Shown one piece after another: positions 13,901-26,974 of a DNA stretch of 64,000 nt (its first letter is position 1; every line of letters begins with the position of its first letter). The notes under the pieces are model-generated. The model made no database searches and was not told the DNA's origin. It saw only the letters and a list, made by a program, of their open reading frames with translations. Source of the DNA: Raillietiella orientalis (Eukaryota); contig JAYWIR010000018.1 of assembly GCA_036172245.1 (NCBI GenBank), forward strand, positions 992,001 through 1,056,000. Direction: 5' to 3'. The translations under genes and the position numbers were made by a program.

Positions 13901-16420
13901 GCACTTTCCACTTTCATTTATTAACTTTATTAGATATTCAAAACAATAAGATAAGTTCCAAAAATTTTACATATCATTCTTTAAAAAATATTTAATATAT
14001 AAATGAATAGAGGTCAAAAATGCAGTTTAGAATAACATCCAAGACTGGGTGATTGGGAGTGGTCAAACCAACATTTAAACACTGTTTTGCAATTTGCAAA
14101 ATAATTGCAAATCAAAATTTGTACATTGTAAATTTTAAGTAACAGCTAGAATGAATATAATGCAGCAAAAAATTTGCATTAACAAGAAAATAGACAATTT
14201 CATATGTGTATCCAATATACTGCAAAACTAGTACAAGTCTGAACTTGTTCTAGTTTTGCTCTGAGTCATCAATATTCCTGTGAAAAGCTGCATTTGCTTT
14301 GGCTTTGCATAAGATAGACTCACTTTTAGAATTTCAAACGATGCAAAATAATATTACTGGAGCATAATATCCGGAGGTCATGTTTTCATAAGCTTTTAAG
14401 ACTTATCATTACTTACATGATATTCTTCATAGTATTTTGCTAATCACAAAGGATAGGCAAAGCTGAACACTAGACTCTCCTAAAACTCAATATTGGATCT
14501 CAACATTTGTGGATCTCAATATTTCAAGTTAAATAAAGAATGAAAACAACTGCATACCCAAACTGAATCATAACTCTGAAGATCTGTACAAGAACCAAAA
14601 ATTTTGCTACCAAACAGACAATAGGATCAGAAAACCAGAATAGTTATTTAAGTTTTCTGATTCACTAATGGAAGGAAAGACATGAAATTTGAAATAAATG
14701 TGAGACTGATTCCAGAGCTGTATAAGATAGTAGCATTTCCGATAAGAAAAAATTTTTTTGATGAGAGTAATATTTGTCCTGTCAACACTCGATCTACTTT
14801 GAGTATTTGGTATCTTGAAAATGCCATATGAATCAAAACTACATGGGTAATTACAGTTTTTTACTAAGAAATTTTCAAGTAGAATAGAAAAGTAGCAAAG
14901 CTAAATTAAATACTAAAAGATCATTTCATAATAATACAATTTGTTATGCAGATCAATGTTTATGCATATTCATTTCAAAGACAGATTAATTTTTGCAACA
15001 AAAGTGATCTATGTGTTGAATTCGTTGGGAAAATCCCAGGTGTTTAATAGAAAAAGGAAGGCTAATAGAAAAAGGAAAATGCTAATAAATTATGCAAAGA
15101 TAGACATTAACCTAAAAAGCATTTAAAAAATTCCATCAACCTAGTATTTTGAAATTCATGCAGCTAAAAATTATTCAGTGATTACCTCATTCTCTCATAT
15201 GATAATTGTTATATTTTTCAAACAAACTTTGAATAATCATTAAACTTTTAAGTACTGAAAAACTGCAACAAAATCATAACGTAATGACTGATCTGGACAA
15301 CTCAAAAAAATTTGATGTTTGAACACAAAAGCTGAGTTTTTTGACGAATTTCCCTTACAATCTTCCACCCACAGCATAACTATATACTTAAAACTTCTAC
15401 AAAGTTCAAACATTCCCCTTTTAAAGTTAGACATATTTGAAATTACCTTTGAAACTGATATCTGCAAAAAATTACATAAATTTTAAATTAACTAAAAATA
15501 CTCAAGCTTATATTCAGTATTATTAAGTTCTTGTAACCACAAAAGAAATTATCGAAATTTAAGAAAAACTAAATCACTATTTCTCCCACAATCATCCCTC
15601 CTTGCACAGTTTGACGACTTCCTTTAAATTGTTTTTCATTTAAGCATCAACACACATTATATTCATCTCAATGTGAAAGCCAACGTTATCTTTCATTTGC
15701 TTCTTTTTTTTTTCTTAATCTGGTCGATACATCATTGACTTTCCACTGCATTACAAATGATAATTCCTGAATGTTTATCGATCCTTATTATATCATCCTT
15801 TAGTATTATTCCTTAGTATGTCAACTAAGGAATAATCCTAATCTGCCTTGGTATAGCAGCTTAAACTGCAAATTCAGTACAAGGCTATAAGTTTTATAAC
15901 GATTTCGGTGCCTAAATTTTGTATGAAAGAATATTAAATAATTACCTGAAATTCACAATTAATACAAAACATCTTTACGAAATTTCACGTAAAGTGGACC
16001 TCTCTAAAGACGCTTAATTCCACCTTAATTATAACCAGGTGTATACATTAAACCTTAAATCTGACATGTGCTATGTGAATAAGCTCTCTGTACTGGGCAT
16101 TGAGATCATACAATGTGGGATGCACGTCTTGACGCATTTTTAATCTTACTTATCATTAGCACATGCAAAAAAGAGTTTATAATGAGTTTTTGGTTTTCAT
16201 TTTCTTTAATCGAATGGAATGCTATAGTTATTCGACAAAAAAATACAAACTCTATATTAAATGAACATACGTCTTGAATAAAATTGGTCTTCTGGAAAAT
16301 TTCTTTCAACTCCTGTATTTTATCTTGCTGTTGCTTGAATTGGGTCTCAAGATATTCAAGTTCAACATTTTCCACATCCGTGGAGGACGAGGATGAAGAG
16401 TTTTCATCAGTATCCTTCAT
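7947..16420 (-). CDS. lva: Large coiled-coil golgin, lava lamp-like
   Basis: First exon ATG at 16420 (MKDTDENSSS...QQQDKIQELKE), small exons at about 12.3-13.4 kb, a 3.97-kb E/Q/K/L-rich exon 8313-12277, then a 46-nt intron (8267-8312) giving CANLTNELSQ|LLVERDVLQIRLSTALK and KLRMLQDLNYSRDIRF, which resembles the arthropod Lava lamp C-terminus as I recall it. The exact last exon is uncertain and the gene symbol is tentative. Confidence 0.75.
13850..14500 (+). other. Decayed chuvirus-like nucleoprotein EVE in golgin intron
   Basis: QFRITS / QDWVIGSGQTNI at about 14025-14075 and KSCICFGFA*D at about 14285. Confidence 0.4.
14940..15500 (+). other. Decayed chuvirus-like nucleoprotein EVE in golgin intron
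   Basis: YVLNSLGKSQVFNRK at about 15010, then NFPY and ILKTSTKFKHSPF at about 15345-15420. Confidence 0.4.
15580..16100 (-). other. Possible decayed nucleoprotein-like EVE
   Basis: RQIRIIP*LTY*GI ... KDNVGFHIE ... GSRQTVQG; weak motif order only. Confidence 0.25.
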
Positions 16421-16784
16421 TTTGGCACAACCGCCTTGAAAACTGGGGTATATCAACCGGTAAAATATGACGAAATTGGATAAATGAATTCAACGTTATC
16501 AATCTGAATTGTTACTACGTGTCCATTTTCTTAACTATTCCCATCGCAGGAAATGTGCATTTCCTGTGCTTGCACGGATTTCGTCAAGAGCTACCTATCG
16601 GATTCCAAAAAAAGAATTCACAAATTATTAGTTTCCAAAACATGACCTTTGAAATTTAAACTTCATTTCTGAATACGATTGACACAAACATTACAAATCG
16701 CTACGAGATTCTTCGAACGCAAATCGAAAATCCACCCGATGAAAAACCACAAACCACCAAAGGGCAGGGGCACAGGTAAGAGTA

Positions 16785-16845
16785 GGGGGGGGGGGGGGGC
16801 TCTGCGTGTGTGTGTGTGTGTGTGTGTGTGTTTGTGTGTGTGTGC
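16785..16845. repeat. poly-G tract plus (GT)n microsatellite
   Basis: G run followed by about 20 GT units with one interruption. Confidence 0.95.
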
Positions 16846-16989
16846 ATGGGACAAAGATATTGATGGAGTTCGCCTCGACAACCACGTACGCAGGAATCAG
16901 CTGATCGAGTAATCCCAACGAATTTGGGAAGTTCCCCACGGACAAGCAGGTGTGCAACCACCAACAACTCGTTCCGAGAACCATGCCGG

Positions 16990-18200
16990 GAAGATTGCAT
17001 TGGGAAACACCAGAAAGATCATCAAAACGTTTCAGCCTTTTTAGAATTGAAATTTAAATCGCTGTCAAAACACAAATTGACTGCTCGCTATTTCTTTGGT
17101 TGGTCTGCACCTTTCGACCAGCCAGTTGAATTCACATCAGACCAGACTGCATTAAAATTCTTTGCCCTCGAGGACTTTTTCAATAAAGACAGAACGATCG
17201 TTTTACTCTCGAATTTGCATGGCCCCGAAAACAATTTGGCTCGTTTTATGAACTGATAAATGTGTTTCTATTATGGTTTGCACATAAGGTTCCAAACTTA
17301 CTACGGTCACAAAGGCAAAAATCACAAATTTTCCAAAACAACACAGATAATGTGGTAAAATTTTAACGAACTATAACACTGCAGAGTTCATCGAAAAGGT
17401 TGCATTCAAAAATAAAAAGAAAGCATTTTCATGAAATATGGTTTTATCATCAGCCGATCACAAAGTCTTTGAAAAACTGGGTTGAATGTCAAAGAAAATC
17501 AGTAGTATATTTGTTTTTTGGTGATGAATGATTGGTGCCAATTGAAACAAAATTGCTATGCAATAAATTCGTTGTTCCAGCAAAAAAAAAAAAAAAAAAC
17601 CTTTTATATTTATCTCTAAATCAAGGGGGCTCTTAGCTGAAGGGAAAAATCAGGTTATTTTGAAACAGGACGCACTGACAGGTGTGTGTTTTCTATTTCT
17701 GGCTTCATTGGAATTCACATATCATAAGCGATTTCTCTGAATCACCTGATAGCTGGCATTCAGAAAGCACCTTAGGTATTTCACTAGAAGAGAGCGAGAT
17801 TTTGCTAAAGGTAAAGTAGGGCAACAATAAATCTGTATACTATCTTGGATTTATAGGGCAGGAAACAGACATTCCAGGATTGAAATTTTCGTTTTATCAC
17901 TTGGTATCCCTTTGAAGATTGCAACAGTATTATATGTGCTTTTTTTTTTTTTTAATAAGAAATTATGAGATGTTTTGTTTAAGAACAGTATACGCATTTT
18001 CAAATCTATAAATTTTTGAAAGAAACCAGCTGGAATATAATCTTATTGAACACAACTTGCGATATAAAGCCTGTTGATTATTGTATTCTATTTAGCTTAG
18101 ATAACGTACATCCACTACTATAACAAGTTTTGTCTAATGAGACCAGTCTTCGAAAGTTTTGTTCAGAGAAATCGCTTCTATTTGCACAGTCGCACTGTTT
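16990..18200 (+). other. Decayed chuvirus-like nucleoprotein EVE, possibly near full length
   Basis: FEKLG*MSKKISSI (about 17470), QVILKQDALTG (17651), YHKRFL*, ERDFAKGKV / GNNKSVYYLGFIGQETDIPGLKFS (about 17790-17890); the open frame at 16924-17256 may be its N-terminus. Confidence 0.55.
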
Positions 18201-18599
18201 TATGCTACGTCATTCAGATCTGATAACTAAAATTAAACGTCATTCACACGTGAATTCACGAAACAAAAAGGCATGGAAATCCAAGGTTCCTTGAATGAAC
18301 CATTTATGCTTTCCCAATTGTAAACAGAGGATTCGTTCTTCATCCTTTATACGCAAGATTTTTGACTGATTCAGTAGCTGCACACGAAATTATCAAGTAG
18401 GTTTAAGAAAAAAATCCAGAAACTTTATTCACTCCGAAGTGAAACATGAATCAGGCTTCCTTACGTCAAATGCATTGATGCCATGCGTGTTTTTTTTTTT
18501 TAAAAAAAAAAAAAAAAACATGTGCTTTTGAGGACACTCTCTGAAAAATTAGTATTCACTTGTTTTTTTTCTCAAATCGAATCCATTCATATGGAATAT

Positions 18600-19350
18600 G
18601 TTTCTTAATTTATGTATGAGGAAATTTCTTATTTACTTAATTCACGCGTGATTTGAGGTTTGAGCCATATTACGGCAACAGTTTGGTTTTTTCTTGATTA
18701 CTGTGTACATGAAGACCACGGAAATCAAGCGTAACACGGCATTTAGTGTCAATAAGATTATATTCATATGTAATGTATGGAGCTGGACGATTTAGACTAG
18801 AGAAAGGAGAATTCATTGAGGATCCTGTTCAAAAAATCTGCTCGAAACAAAAAGATTAAAAGCCGACCTGTGTACCCATCAAACTAAGTGTGACAAAAAC
18901 TCGATTTATGGATCTCAAGTGCAAAAATCAAATCATCTTTGCTTTGCGCAATCACGAATTCGTAATACCCTACAAAATACCACGTAGAGCCTTCAGGAGA
19001 ACCCAAATTCAAAAGAAGGAGCAAAGTAAAACTACCGAGAATAATCTTGGAGTTGAACGGTTTTGCTTAAAATAGCCAAATAGCTCACAGAATGGGCAAC
19101 TTCGAGAAACAACAAAATATGATCCAACTTCCGACGGAAACTTTGGAAGGAGTTGCAATACGGGAAAGCAGCCTTCCAATCGGGGGTTGAGAGAGGGGGG
19201 GAGGGGGAGAGAGAGAGAAGGGAGCAGATGATTTCGAGGGGATTAAAGTTAGGATCCACTGACTCGGCTTACGCAGCCATCAGATTACCTTCAAGTTTCT
19301 TTTTTCCCGATATTCCATCGACTGACGGAGTTGAATTTCACAGCAAACGG
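18600..19350 (+). other. Decayed chuvirus-like nucleoprotein EVE
   Basis: IKLSVTKTRFMDLKCKNQIIFALRNHEFVIPY (about 18880-18970) is directly alignable with KCFVSLQIHEFSFPV of the 24.6-kb copy; downstream KIAK*LTE. Confidence 0.45.
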
Positions 19351-20379
19351 CAGCCCAGTAATCGCTGAATGTGATAAACGAAATCATAATTTCATATAGC
19401 CAAATTATGTGAAAGGTGCACCACCTTTTTTTTTTTTTTAAAAAAAAAAAAAAAAGACCTTTACTGATTCTGTTTTGTTTTTGTTTTTTCGTGATGCTGC
19501 GAAACTCCAGAAAATCTTGCAATGGAAGGAAAACATTAATTCGGTGCGCTGGATGAATGAAACGGTGAAAGTAATGACGAGGGCTGGTAAACAAACACGG
19601 ATGGTGGATCTTAAGCATTGCAGTAGCGCAGAAGGTTAAGCAGGCAACTATTAACGGAAAGGAGGATCCTGGATGCTGGATGCATCTTGCTGGAATCGAA
19701 TTTTCGTCCGAGATTCCATTTCTTTTCAAAGGCATGAAATTTATCGTTCGCGTTCTAGCCCTCGTCTGGAGTCAATGTAAATACAACATCCATTCGAACG
19801 ATACTCCATTTTTCCATAAAGATTTATTTTATACATGCACCTTTAGTAAGACATAGTAAAAGTTGCTTCCTTAATCAATTTTTAATTGGACTTAATCTAT
19901 GTACCTACTTTGTGAATGGTGAGATAACCAACAAACCGTCATCGCAGCTTTCATGTCGGTTGCGTCACCGTCCACTGGACTTTGGCATTTTCACTTTCAC
20001 TTCATCGTTGACGGGTCCTCCTGCATCCTTGCTCACCGAACATCTGTGAGATCAACCTTTTGCTCCTTGGAGGCAGAGTGAACTAAAATTTCGCTAGTAC
20101 TTGGTGTGTGGGTGGATGTTGACTCAAGTCATCTGAGGGCACGTTAAATGCGTCACAGTGAATCCACTGTTCACAGTGAATCCGCTGTTTTCGCAAAGAG
20201 CCCCACGTTTGCAAAGTCGAAAGTCACTCGCAGATCTTTGCGCTCAGCCACAGTACCCATCTTCAGAGCAGAAGCAGGTAAGCATATCAGGAATCCATCT
20301 GGAAACACACGAGGAACAAAGTGCTAACAAATGCACGCAATTTCGAAGCGATCGTGACGAATACTTCTCATTCCGGATC

Positions 20380-21150
20380 ACTTTTCAGGTCTTGGATAGA
20401 ACGGAGTTTGTATCAACATTCCAGATTCCCCCCCTTTCAGGTTGTTTCGGGTGGGTCAATGAGAAAACACCGACGATATGCCGCTTGACGGCCGTTTTGG
20501 GAAGTTTCCCTTCAGTTTTGGTTGCAGGTTTTGAACCCGCCGGGATGAGACGTGAGGGACAAGTACACCCGTAACTGTTTCCCGGTTCCAGAATGCTGCT
20601 ATTCTCAGCTATGCTGCCTGGTTTCCTCGCCTTCGTTCCTCCAAAGCGTCGCCTCAATACGTAAATGAACACTCTTTTGCTCGCACATCAGGAGATGGAC
20701 ATTTCCTGTGGGTACGAAGAGCATTCCTTTGGCACTAGAGTGTCAGTAAGCAAAAAATTGATTACAACTGCCTAGAATGCCGCAAAAGCAGTCATCTCCA
20801 CTCGAACCTTAGCAGAAGAATCAAGGATTTGGGAACCCACCATCTCGTAAACCAGGGCCAACTCTTCGTTCTGCACTCCTGAAGGTTCGAAAAATGAATC
20901 TGGTACGCCTGTTCTTCGAGGTTCTCCGAGAATAAGGAAGCTTCTGCAAACAGAATAGGGCCACATTTCTATTGCAACCCGTGTTGTGGTCACTGCTGAA
21001 GAAAGATTCCAGGAAGTCATGCCATGTTGAGGCTCACACTTATGTAGCTTGCAAAACTTGATGCTGACGCACTTCCTCTTGGGAGTGAATGGTTACCATG
21101 CTCACCTCCGCGCAGCAAAACCCAGCTTCCCTCCACATTTTCAGTGTAAC
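20380..21150 (-). other. Decayed chuvirus-like nucleoprotein EVE
   Basis: SLPRGSASASSFASYI ... AKVRVEMTAF ... YPQEMSIS*CASKRVFIYVLRRRFGGTKARKPGSIA. Confidence 0.45.
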
Positions 21151-21179
21151 AAATTTTTCTCGGAAATTCCCATTCTTTG

Positions 21180-22780
21180 TCTGTTGATCCTGATTGCCAT
21201 CACGTACCCTTCTTAGTGTCCCTGATTCAGGGACACCTAGAAAGGAGAAGGAGGCGATGCTCTGAGAAGGGCTTCAACGCGTGTCCAACCACTTTCTTTT
21301 TCGGAGGTATCTCAGATTCTCAGATTACAAGTTCGTGCATGCAAGCGGACGGTGCCTTTGGGACAAGAAGGGAGGAAAAGGAGGAGGAGGAGGGGAGCAC
21401 GTATCTTGTCATATCTTGTCGTAGGACGGGTCGGGGTCGTAGTTGGCCAGCGCTTTTGTCTGGAAGGACAGCCTCGTGGCCGGGGTTTCCTTTCAGGGTC
21501 GCCTTTCAGGTCCCGGAGAGAATTCCTCCAACGTTAGGGATGATGCGATTGCTCGCATCCATCCAATGTCTCTGAAGGTTCATTCAGCTTGCGAACCGGA
21601 CCGCACTGCCAAACGCTGCAACCGGCAGCAGCTGAGGACCATCCTGGAAGAAGAGGATTTCCCGATAAATGTGTACGCCTCTTTTCCGGAGCCCTGAGGA
21701 GCCCCGTGCCAGATTCCACGCACCGAAGCAGGGCGAAACCGGGAGAGGGGTGGCAATGGTGCCCTCACGGGGAAACCACGGGACAAACCGAGGTCTATCT
21801 CGAGATCGTGCTCAGGTCGGCACGGATTGAGATGAAATACGCATGTGCGGCAGAGAAATTCCGACAGCTCACCGCCTCCAGCGGCCAGAACACAAAGGTT
21901 GTGATGATCGTCGTTATCCCCCTACCGCAGCTCATGAGCAACCGGATTGCGAAAACTCCCACGACGGACGACAGGATTGCCTATGCTAAATCATCAGGAG
22001 ATTGAGGGAGCATTCTCACGTGCAGAGCAGTAAGTCTTTGCGACCGGATTCGTCCCAAGGACGCGTCCCACTGCTGAGGTCGCTGTGCCCAGGAGGTAAA
22101 CCAAAGATCGGAATTCTTGTAGGCGCGCCGTGTTTGAGGAGATGGATTCTTGACCGTTGCAAGAGGCGTTCCCACGTCCCCATTTGGTCGTGCAACCAAA
22201 CCCCCGACTGCATCTCAGAAGCAGCAGAAGGAAAATTGGAAACCTCCACCCGAGATCTACTGGGTCTCAGTGCGACGATCCGCCGCTGCCTCCGGACCCG
22301 GCTCTTGATATAGTCCGTCGAGCCGGAATGCTGGATCCTGGATGTCCCTTCGACGGCTCTCTAAAATCGTCCAGAATGGCTCGAGAGGGCGTGGAGAGAA
22401 AAGATTGCAGAGCTTTTCCCCAGCTTCCCTGCAAGGGAACTGCATTGTCGGATTGTCAGATTCTTCTTCGTCGGATTCCAAAGTGCAGTGCAAGTTCGAA
22501 GCTGCTCTCCTCTCCGCATCCCAGTCGAACCCCGTTCAGGTCTGGTGAATCAAGGGGCAGCTCCTATACCGAACCTGGTCACACAATTCTCCTCGGAGAT
22601 GAACACCAAAGTGGAACAGTGCCGTAAGCTTCCCTCGGAAACTCCGAAGCGCCTCTATCCAGCGGATAAAGCACTCATGGGAATCTCAGCTGCAGGGAAT
22701 AGCCCGTTTGCAGCGGAGAACTTCCTTGATGGTCCTTCCGGTCCTTTTCTTGGGAAAGAACTTATTTAACCCTTTGAGTG
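21180..22780 (+). mobile_element. Mosaic of decayed non-LTR retrotransposon fragments (RT remnant, ORF2 start)
   Basis: EKGFNACPTTF resembles DxEKAFDxV; MSLKVHS at 21566 recurs as MTLKVHSN at about 50154 (APE endonuclease start). Remainder not resolved. Confidence 0.4.
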
Positions 22781-23379
22781 CTATGGACGCATACATGCGT
22801 TTGGCAAATGTTTTTTTACCTTATACACGCGACAGAAGTCGACACTATCAGTGTTTGGGATGGGCACATACACTTACGTTCTTCCCTTAGCAACGACAGA
22901 AAACAAAATTCTATTTATATCGGCTAACTATTGTCGCTTTTTCAGGGAGTCACCTCTCTGAAAAAACGAGAAAGGCATAATATTACAGTCGCGTCGTATG
23001 TAATTTATTATGGCGTGCCACACCCGAATGAATTATTGATTTTCTTGGAATGGCAATTTTTAAGTGAATACTATACGTTTGGGAAGAATGCAAACGTTTC
23101 CTTCAATGTGGTGTAAATAAACAAGTACAATGGCAACCTTAACCAGCACTTTATCAAGTGAGTCGGTGGTACCCCTGATGGAGTACGCGTTGAGCGAAGA
23201 AGCGTTCCGTCCACAGGGATCGCCACTGCGACCCGCGCGCCACGTCCACATCTGATGAGCTCCGCACCCAAAGGGTTAAGCACGGGCCAGTCCAGTCGAT
23301 CCCAAGTCCCCAGAGTAATCCATCGTGCCATGCGGAACTGTGTGGAAAAAAAAAAAAAAAAACGGAAGATAAAAGACGT

Positions 23380-24230
23380 CCTTCGCCAGAAGTGAGCCGT
23401 GTGGAATCTTCATCATCTCTCACTCTCCCCAATGTTTGGACGCGTCTGTGTTCCCGCTGTTCTGGAAGCAGGCGGTGCTGCTCTTTCTGCACTGGAGACT
23501 CCATCGTCTTAACCTCGTCTCCGGAAGGGAGGGGGAGGATTGCATCCCGGAGCTGTGCGGGTCAGGTGCAGATCGGTAGAGTCGATCCCGCACCCCGGTT
23601 TTTTGGACTGTGGTGGCCTCCAACAACTGTGGGGGAGTTTGGCTGGCAGCGGTGCTCCTGCACCAGCAGGACACCGCCTGTGACCTGCCGCGGCGGTTCT
23701 TCGTGCCCGGCACACTCTCGACAGGCGCCGCGATCGCTCCAGGATGTTGCGTCCGCGCCATCGTCACGGCCCGTCGTGTACTCGCGACGCAGACGCAGTG
23801 AAGGGAGGATGGCAGCCGCCCTCATGTAGGCGGCTGCCAGGTGGTCTCGTCTGGAAGGGGAAGTCAAGGCGGAGATGGTCGGCATCCAGAGCCGGTTCCG
23901 AAAAGAAACAACGCCCGACACCGGCAACCCTTCCTTCCTTCCCTTCTTTCTTTCTTTCTTTTTTTTCATTGCCCCCTCCCAATCGCCTCAAACCTTTCCC
24001 GTTTTTTTTTCCTTCTTTGATTTATTTATCCCGGTTTTGCTGGAGCGACGTCAAAAACCCTCGCCCAACCCCTCCCATGTTTTCACGTGTATTTGTTGTC
24101 CCTTGTCTCCCGTTCCGAACTTTCAGATGTCCCCACCTGCATGTCGGTGGACTCTCCCCTTCAACTTCCTTCGTCTCTGGTTGCGAACCAGCGTGTTCCC
24201 AGCTAGTTCATTTTCATGAAATAAACGCCC
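23380..24230 (+). mobile_element. L1/Tx1-like LINE 3' end (C-terminal CCHC finger and 3' UTR)
   Basis: RCRSVESIPH..LDCGGLQQLWGSLAAVLLH ... ARWSRLEGEVKAEMVGIQSRF, pyrimidine-rich UTR, AATAAAC at about 24220; homologous to copies at 42, 44.5, 47, 49.5 and 62 kb. Confidence 0.75.
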
Positions 24231-24419
24231 CGGAGTGGCCAGGCGGTAAACATTTCGGAAGAGGATGACTCCCGAGCAGCCAAGAGCCTCTTAGGGAACG
24301 GGATGCCACAGCTCGATTCTCTGCCCTGGAAGAGGACGAACCTCATCGAGGAAGACGGAAAGAGTTCCTGGTTGATGGTGAAAATTCATACGGAGTCTTG
24401 GGGCGCGCGTGAAGGAAGA

Positions 24420-25060
24420 AGTGAACGAAGGCTATAAATAGAATGCTTCATAAGAGAGGAGTGCGCGTTGCTTGCAAGTGCGAAAAACAGCGTGGCATAA
24501 ATGGAGAGGAAAAACACTAACGAGAGGACCGCCAATAGAATGGATTCTTCCTTGATCCTTGGGCTAGGAGAGTTTTTCTTGGTACCCAGCCATTCATGCT
24601 GTTTATTCTTCAGCTCGATGAAATTTCGATGAAGAGTTTCTGCTCGGAACCTGTGCTAGCACCGGAAGCTCCGAAAAAGTGTTTCGTTTCATTGCAAATC
24701 CACGAATTTTCATTCCCCGTCAGACGATTCTGGAAAAAATCCAGAGGAGGAAAATCGTCCCGTGTTTCCGGGAAGCAGGCCGTTAATAAAAGGATGCAGG
24801 ACTCCTGCTTGGGTTTTCAGCAAGCATTGGGTTTGCTGCTTCTGGAATGAGCTCATCTGAGAAAAGCTTTCAACTAGCAACGGCCCCATCTCAGCTTGAG
24901 TCCCTGACTAGGATGTTGCGCGTGTGCAAAGCTCATTCCCAGACCGAAAGCAACAGTGGCGGGCAAATCGATTTCCTCACCAAAATTAAACAAATGCATG
25001 CCACAACTGGCACAGAAGATAATATTTATGATAATATCTTTTGGAGAAATAAGAAATGAA
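24420..25060 (+). other. Decayed chuvirus-like nucleoprotein EVE
   Basis: CEKQRGINGEEK ... VSLQIHEFSFPVRRFW ... AVNKRMQDSCLGFQQALG ... FQLATAPSQLESL. Confidence 0.55.
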
Positions 25061-25239
25061 AGCATGCCTTAATTTACCACAACGTTTAGAACATAAATGA
25101 ATGAATAAATGTCATTTCTTAATGGCATCCTTTGGGGGGAAATAAAAATGTAGCATTTGGCAAAAGGAGAGGAGTTTGGCAGAAGGGTCATACAGCACGC
25201 ATGCGGAAAGTGTCCCGATGTGCACACTGAACACCAACA

Positions 25240-26940
25240 TGGCATGGTCACTGGGCAGTTGACGAAGAGAGATGTCCTCGGATGGGAACCCCGTCGGTGC
25301 TGTGGGCGCACGAAGAACTAGCCCACGAGGACGTCAGCCTTAGTAGACAGTGGACACAGGCTGGTCTCCAGATAGCCAGCCAGCACGAGGGGGTCGATTC
25401 GAGACCCCGGCCGAACCTGGTGCTCCAGAGCGAGGGGAGGCTCGCCATCTCGGCTCGACGTCTCCTGCTTGCGCAAGGCGTCACCGGCGGCTCTGCAGGA
25501 AGGGTAGTGGAGGAAGTAAGGGGCATGCCTTCCTCCAGCAGAGGGCGTGATTCCGTGGCAACCCTGGTCGTAGGGTCATTGGAAGTCTGGGATTCAAAGA
25601 ACGACGAGGTGATCGGTGATCCAAAGATCCACCGCCGGAAGCAAACGAAGCTCCTGAAGGAAGACGTAGTCCAGCATCTGCGGCTTCGTGGGTTGAGTGC
25701 ATCAGTTGGGCCACCGACAGCCGATGTTGACCTCAGGAGCCGCAATGGAGGACCCCCAAGGCAATGGAAGTCCCCTTGGACCATATGGCTGCAAGAGCTG
25801 GATGGACAGAAAGCGGATCGGGGACCCTCCTGTTAGCATTTCTTCCATGCAACTAAGCGAGAGTTTCCACCCAGTTGCCCGAGACGTTTCTTCTTTTGCA
25901 AAAAAAAATAAAAGACAGGAGTCGGTGGAACTGTGCGTCCCAGCAAGCCGAGCCTAGCCCGAGGAGCACCGACGAGGTCCACATCACAGAGGAGTTGGGG
26001 AATTAGGAAGAAAAAAGAAAAGAAAAAGAAAAACAGTCTGGGTGAACTAGGGGAGGAGGCAGGGATGTGGGGTCCTCTGCATTCTGTTTGATGATCTTCC
26101 CAGATGCCAGAGAGCTCCTCTCGGGAGCAGCTCAGTTGGTTCCACCTCGCCGTGGTCCGCAGAAACCGGATGGCGAAGAAGGTGTCTCTCCCGTCAAACC
26201 GTTCACTCCCGGCATCGTTCCCGGAGGCGTTCCTGGCCCCGCGTAGGCGGCACAGCGCGTGGGCAACAGCAGCTGTTGGTGACCAGGCACTCCTCACAAA
26301 GAGGAGCAGTTTCATCTCTTAAGCAGTTTTCCAGGATAGAGGCCAACCTTCGCAAGAAACTGGCATGGGTTGCGTCTAGCGGTCACGGTAATCCCCCATT
26401 CCCCGACAGCCAAGGACAGGGAGAGGGGGGCGACTAAACTAAGTGTGAGCGACGACCCGAAGAGCCAAGCAGACCCAATCCACAGACGGAAGGTACGGCC
26501 TGGATCCTCCCGCAGCAGCCCCGCGTGCGTGTCATCCAAGTAACCCGCCTCGTGGACAGCTCATCTGGACACCTCTTGCATCTCGGGTGCAACCGTCAAC
26601 ACGCACCTTCGTGCATTCACCGGGTAAGCGCGAAAGGCGCGAGCCACCCGAGCATCACGGGCGATCGAAAAGTTCGGCGTCGGCAGAAACAGTAGGGAGC
26701 ATTCGTGATCCTCCTCCTGGGATGGTCCAGCTGTCTGAGCGCGCCGCGATGGCTGCTACCCGCTGATCCGATCTCTGCACCGGTCTTGAGGAAACGCGAG
26801 CAGCCACGTCGAGACGAACGGGACGCCGGCTGTTCGCCCGGAGGCGCTTGCACTCCGGCTGGAGTCCTCTCCGGCGCCGCGGACGAGCGCCGGAGACACG
26901 TGCTCTGGAGCGACATGCGCCAGAGCACGTGTGCGATTGG
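25240..26940 (-). mobile_element. Decayed L1/Tx1-like LINE 5' part (ORF1 zinc knuckle plus APE endonuclease)
   Basis: YPGKLLKR*NCSSL*GVPGHQ (CCHC remnant, about 26.3 kb); QPTKPQMLDYVFLQ...WITDHLVV (APE LDY and SDH motifs, about 25.6-25.7 kb). Confidence 0.6.
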
Positions 26941-26974
26941 CCAAGTAGGCTGATGGGCAACAACTGCATGGCGC

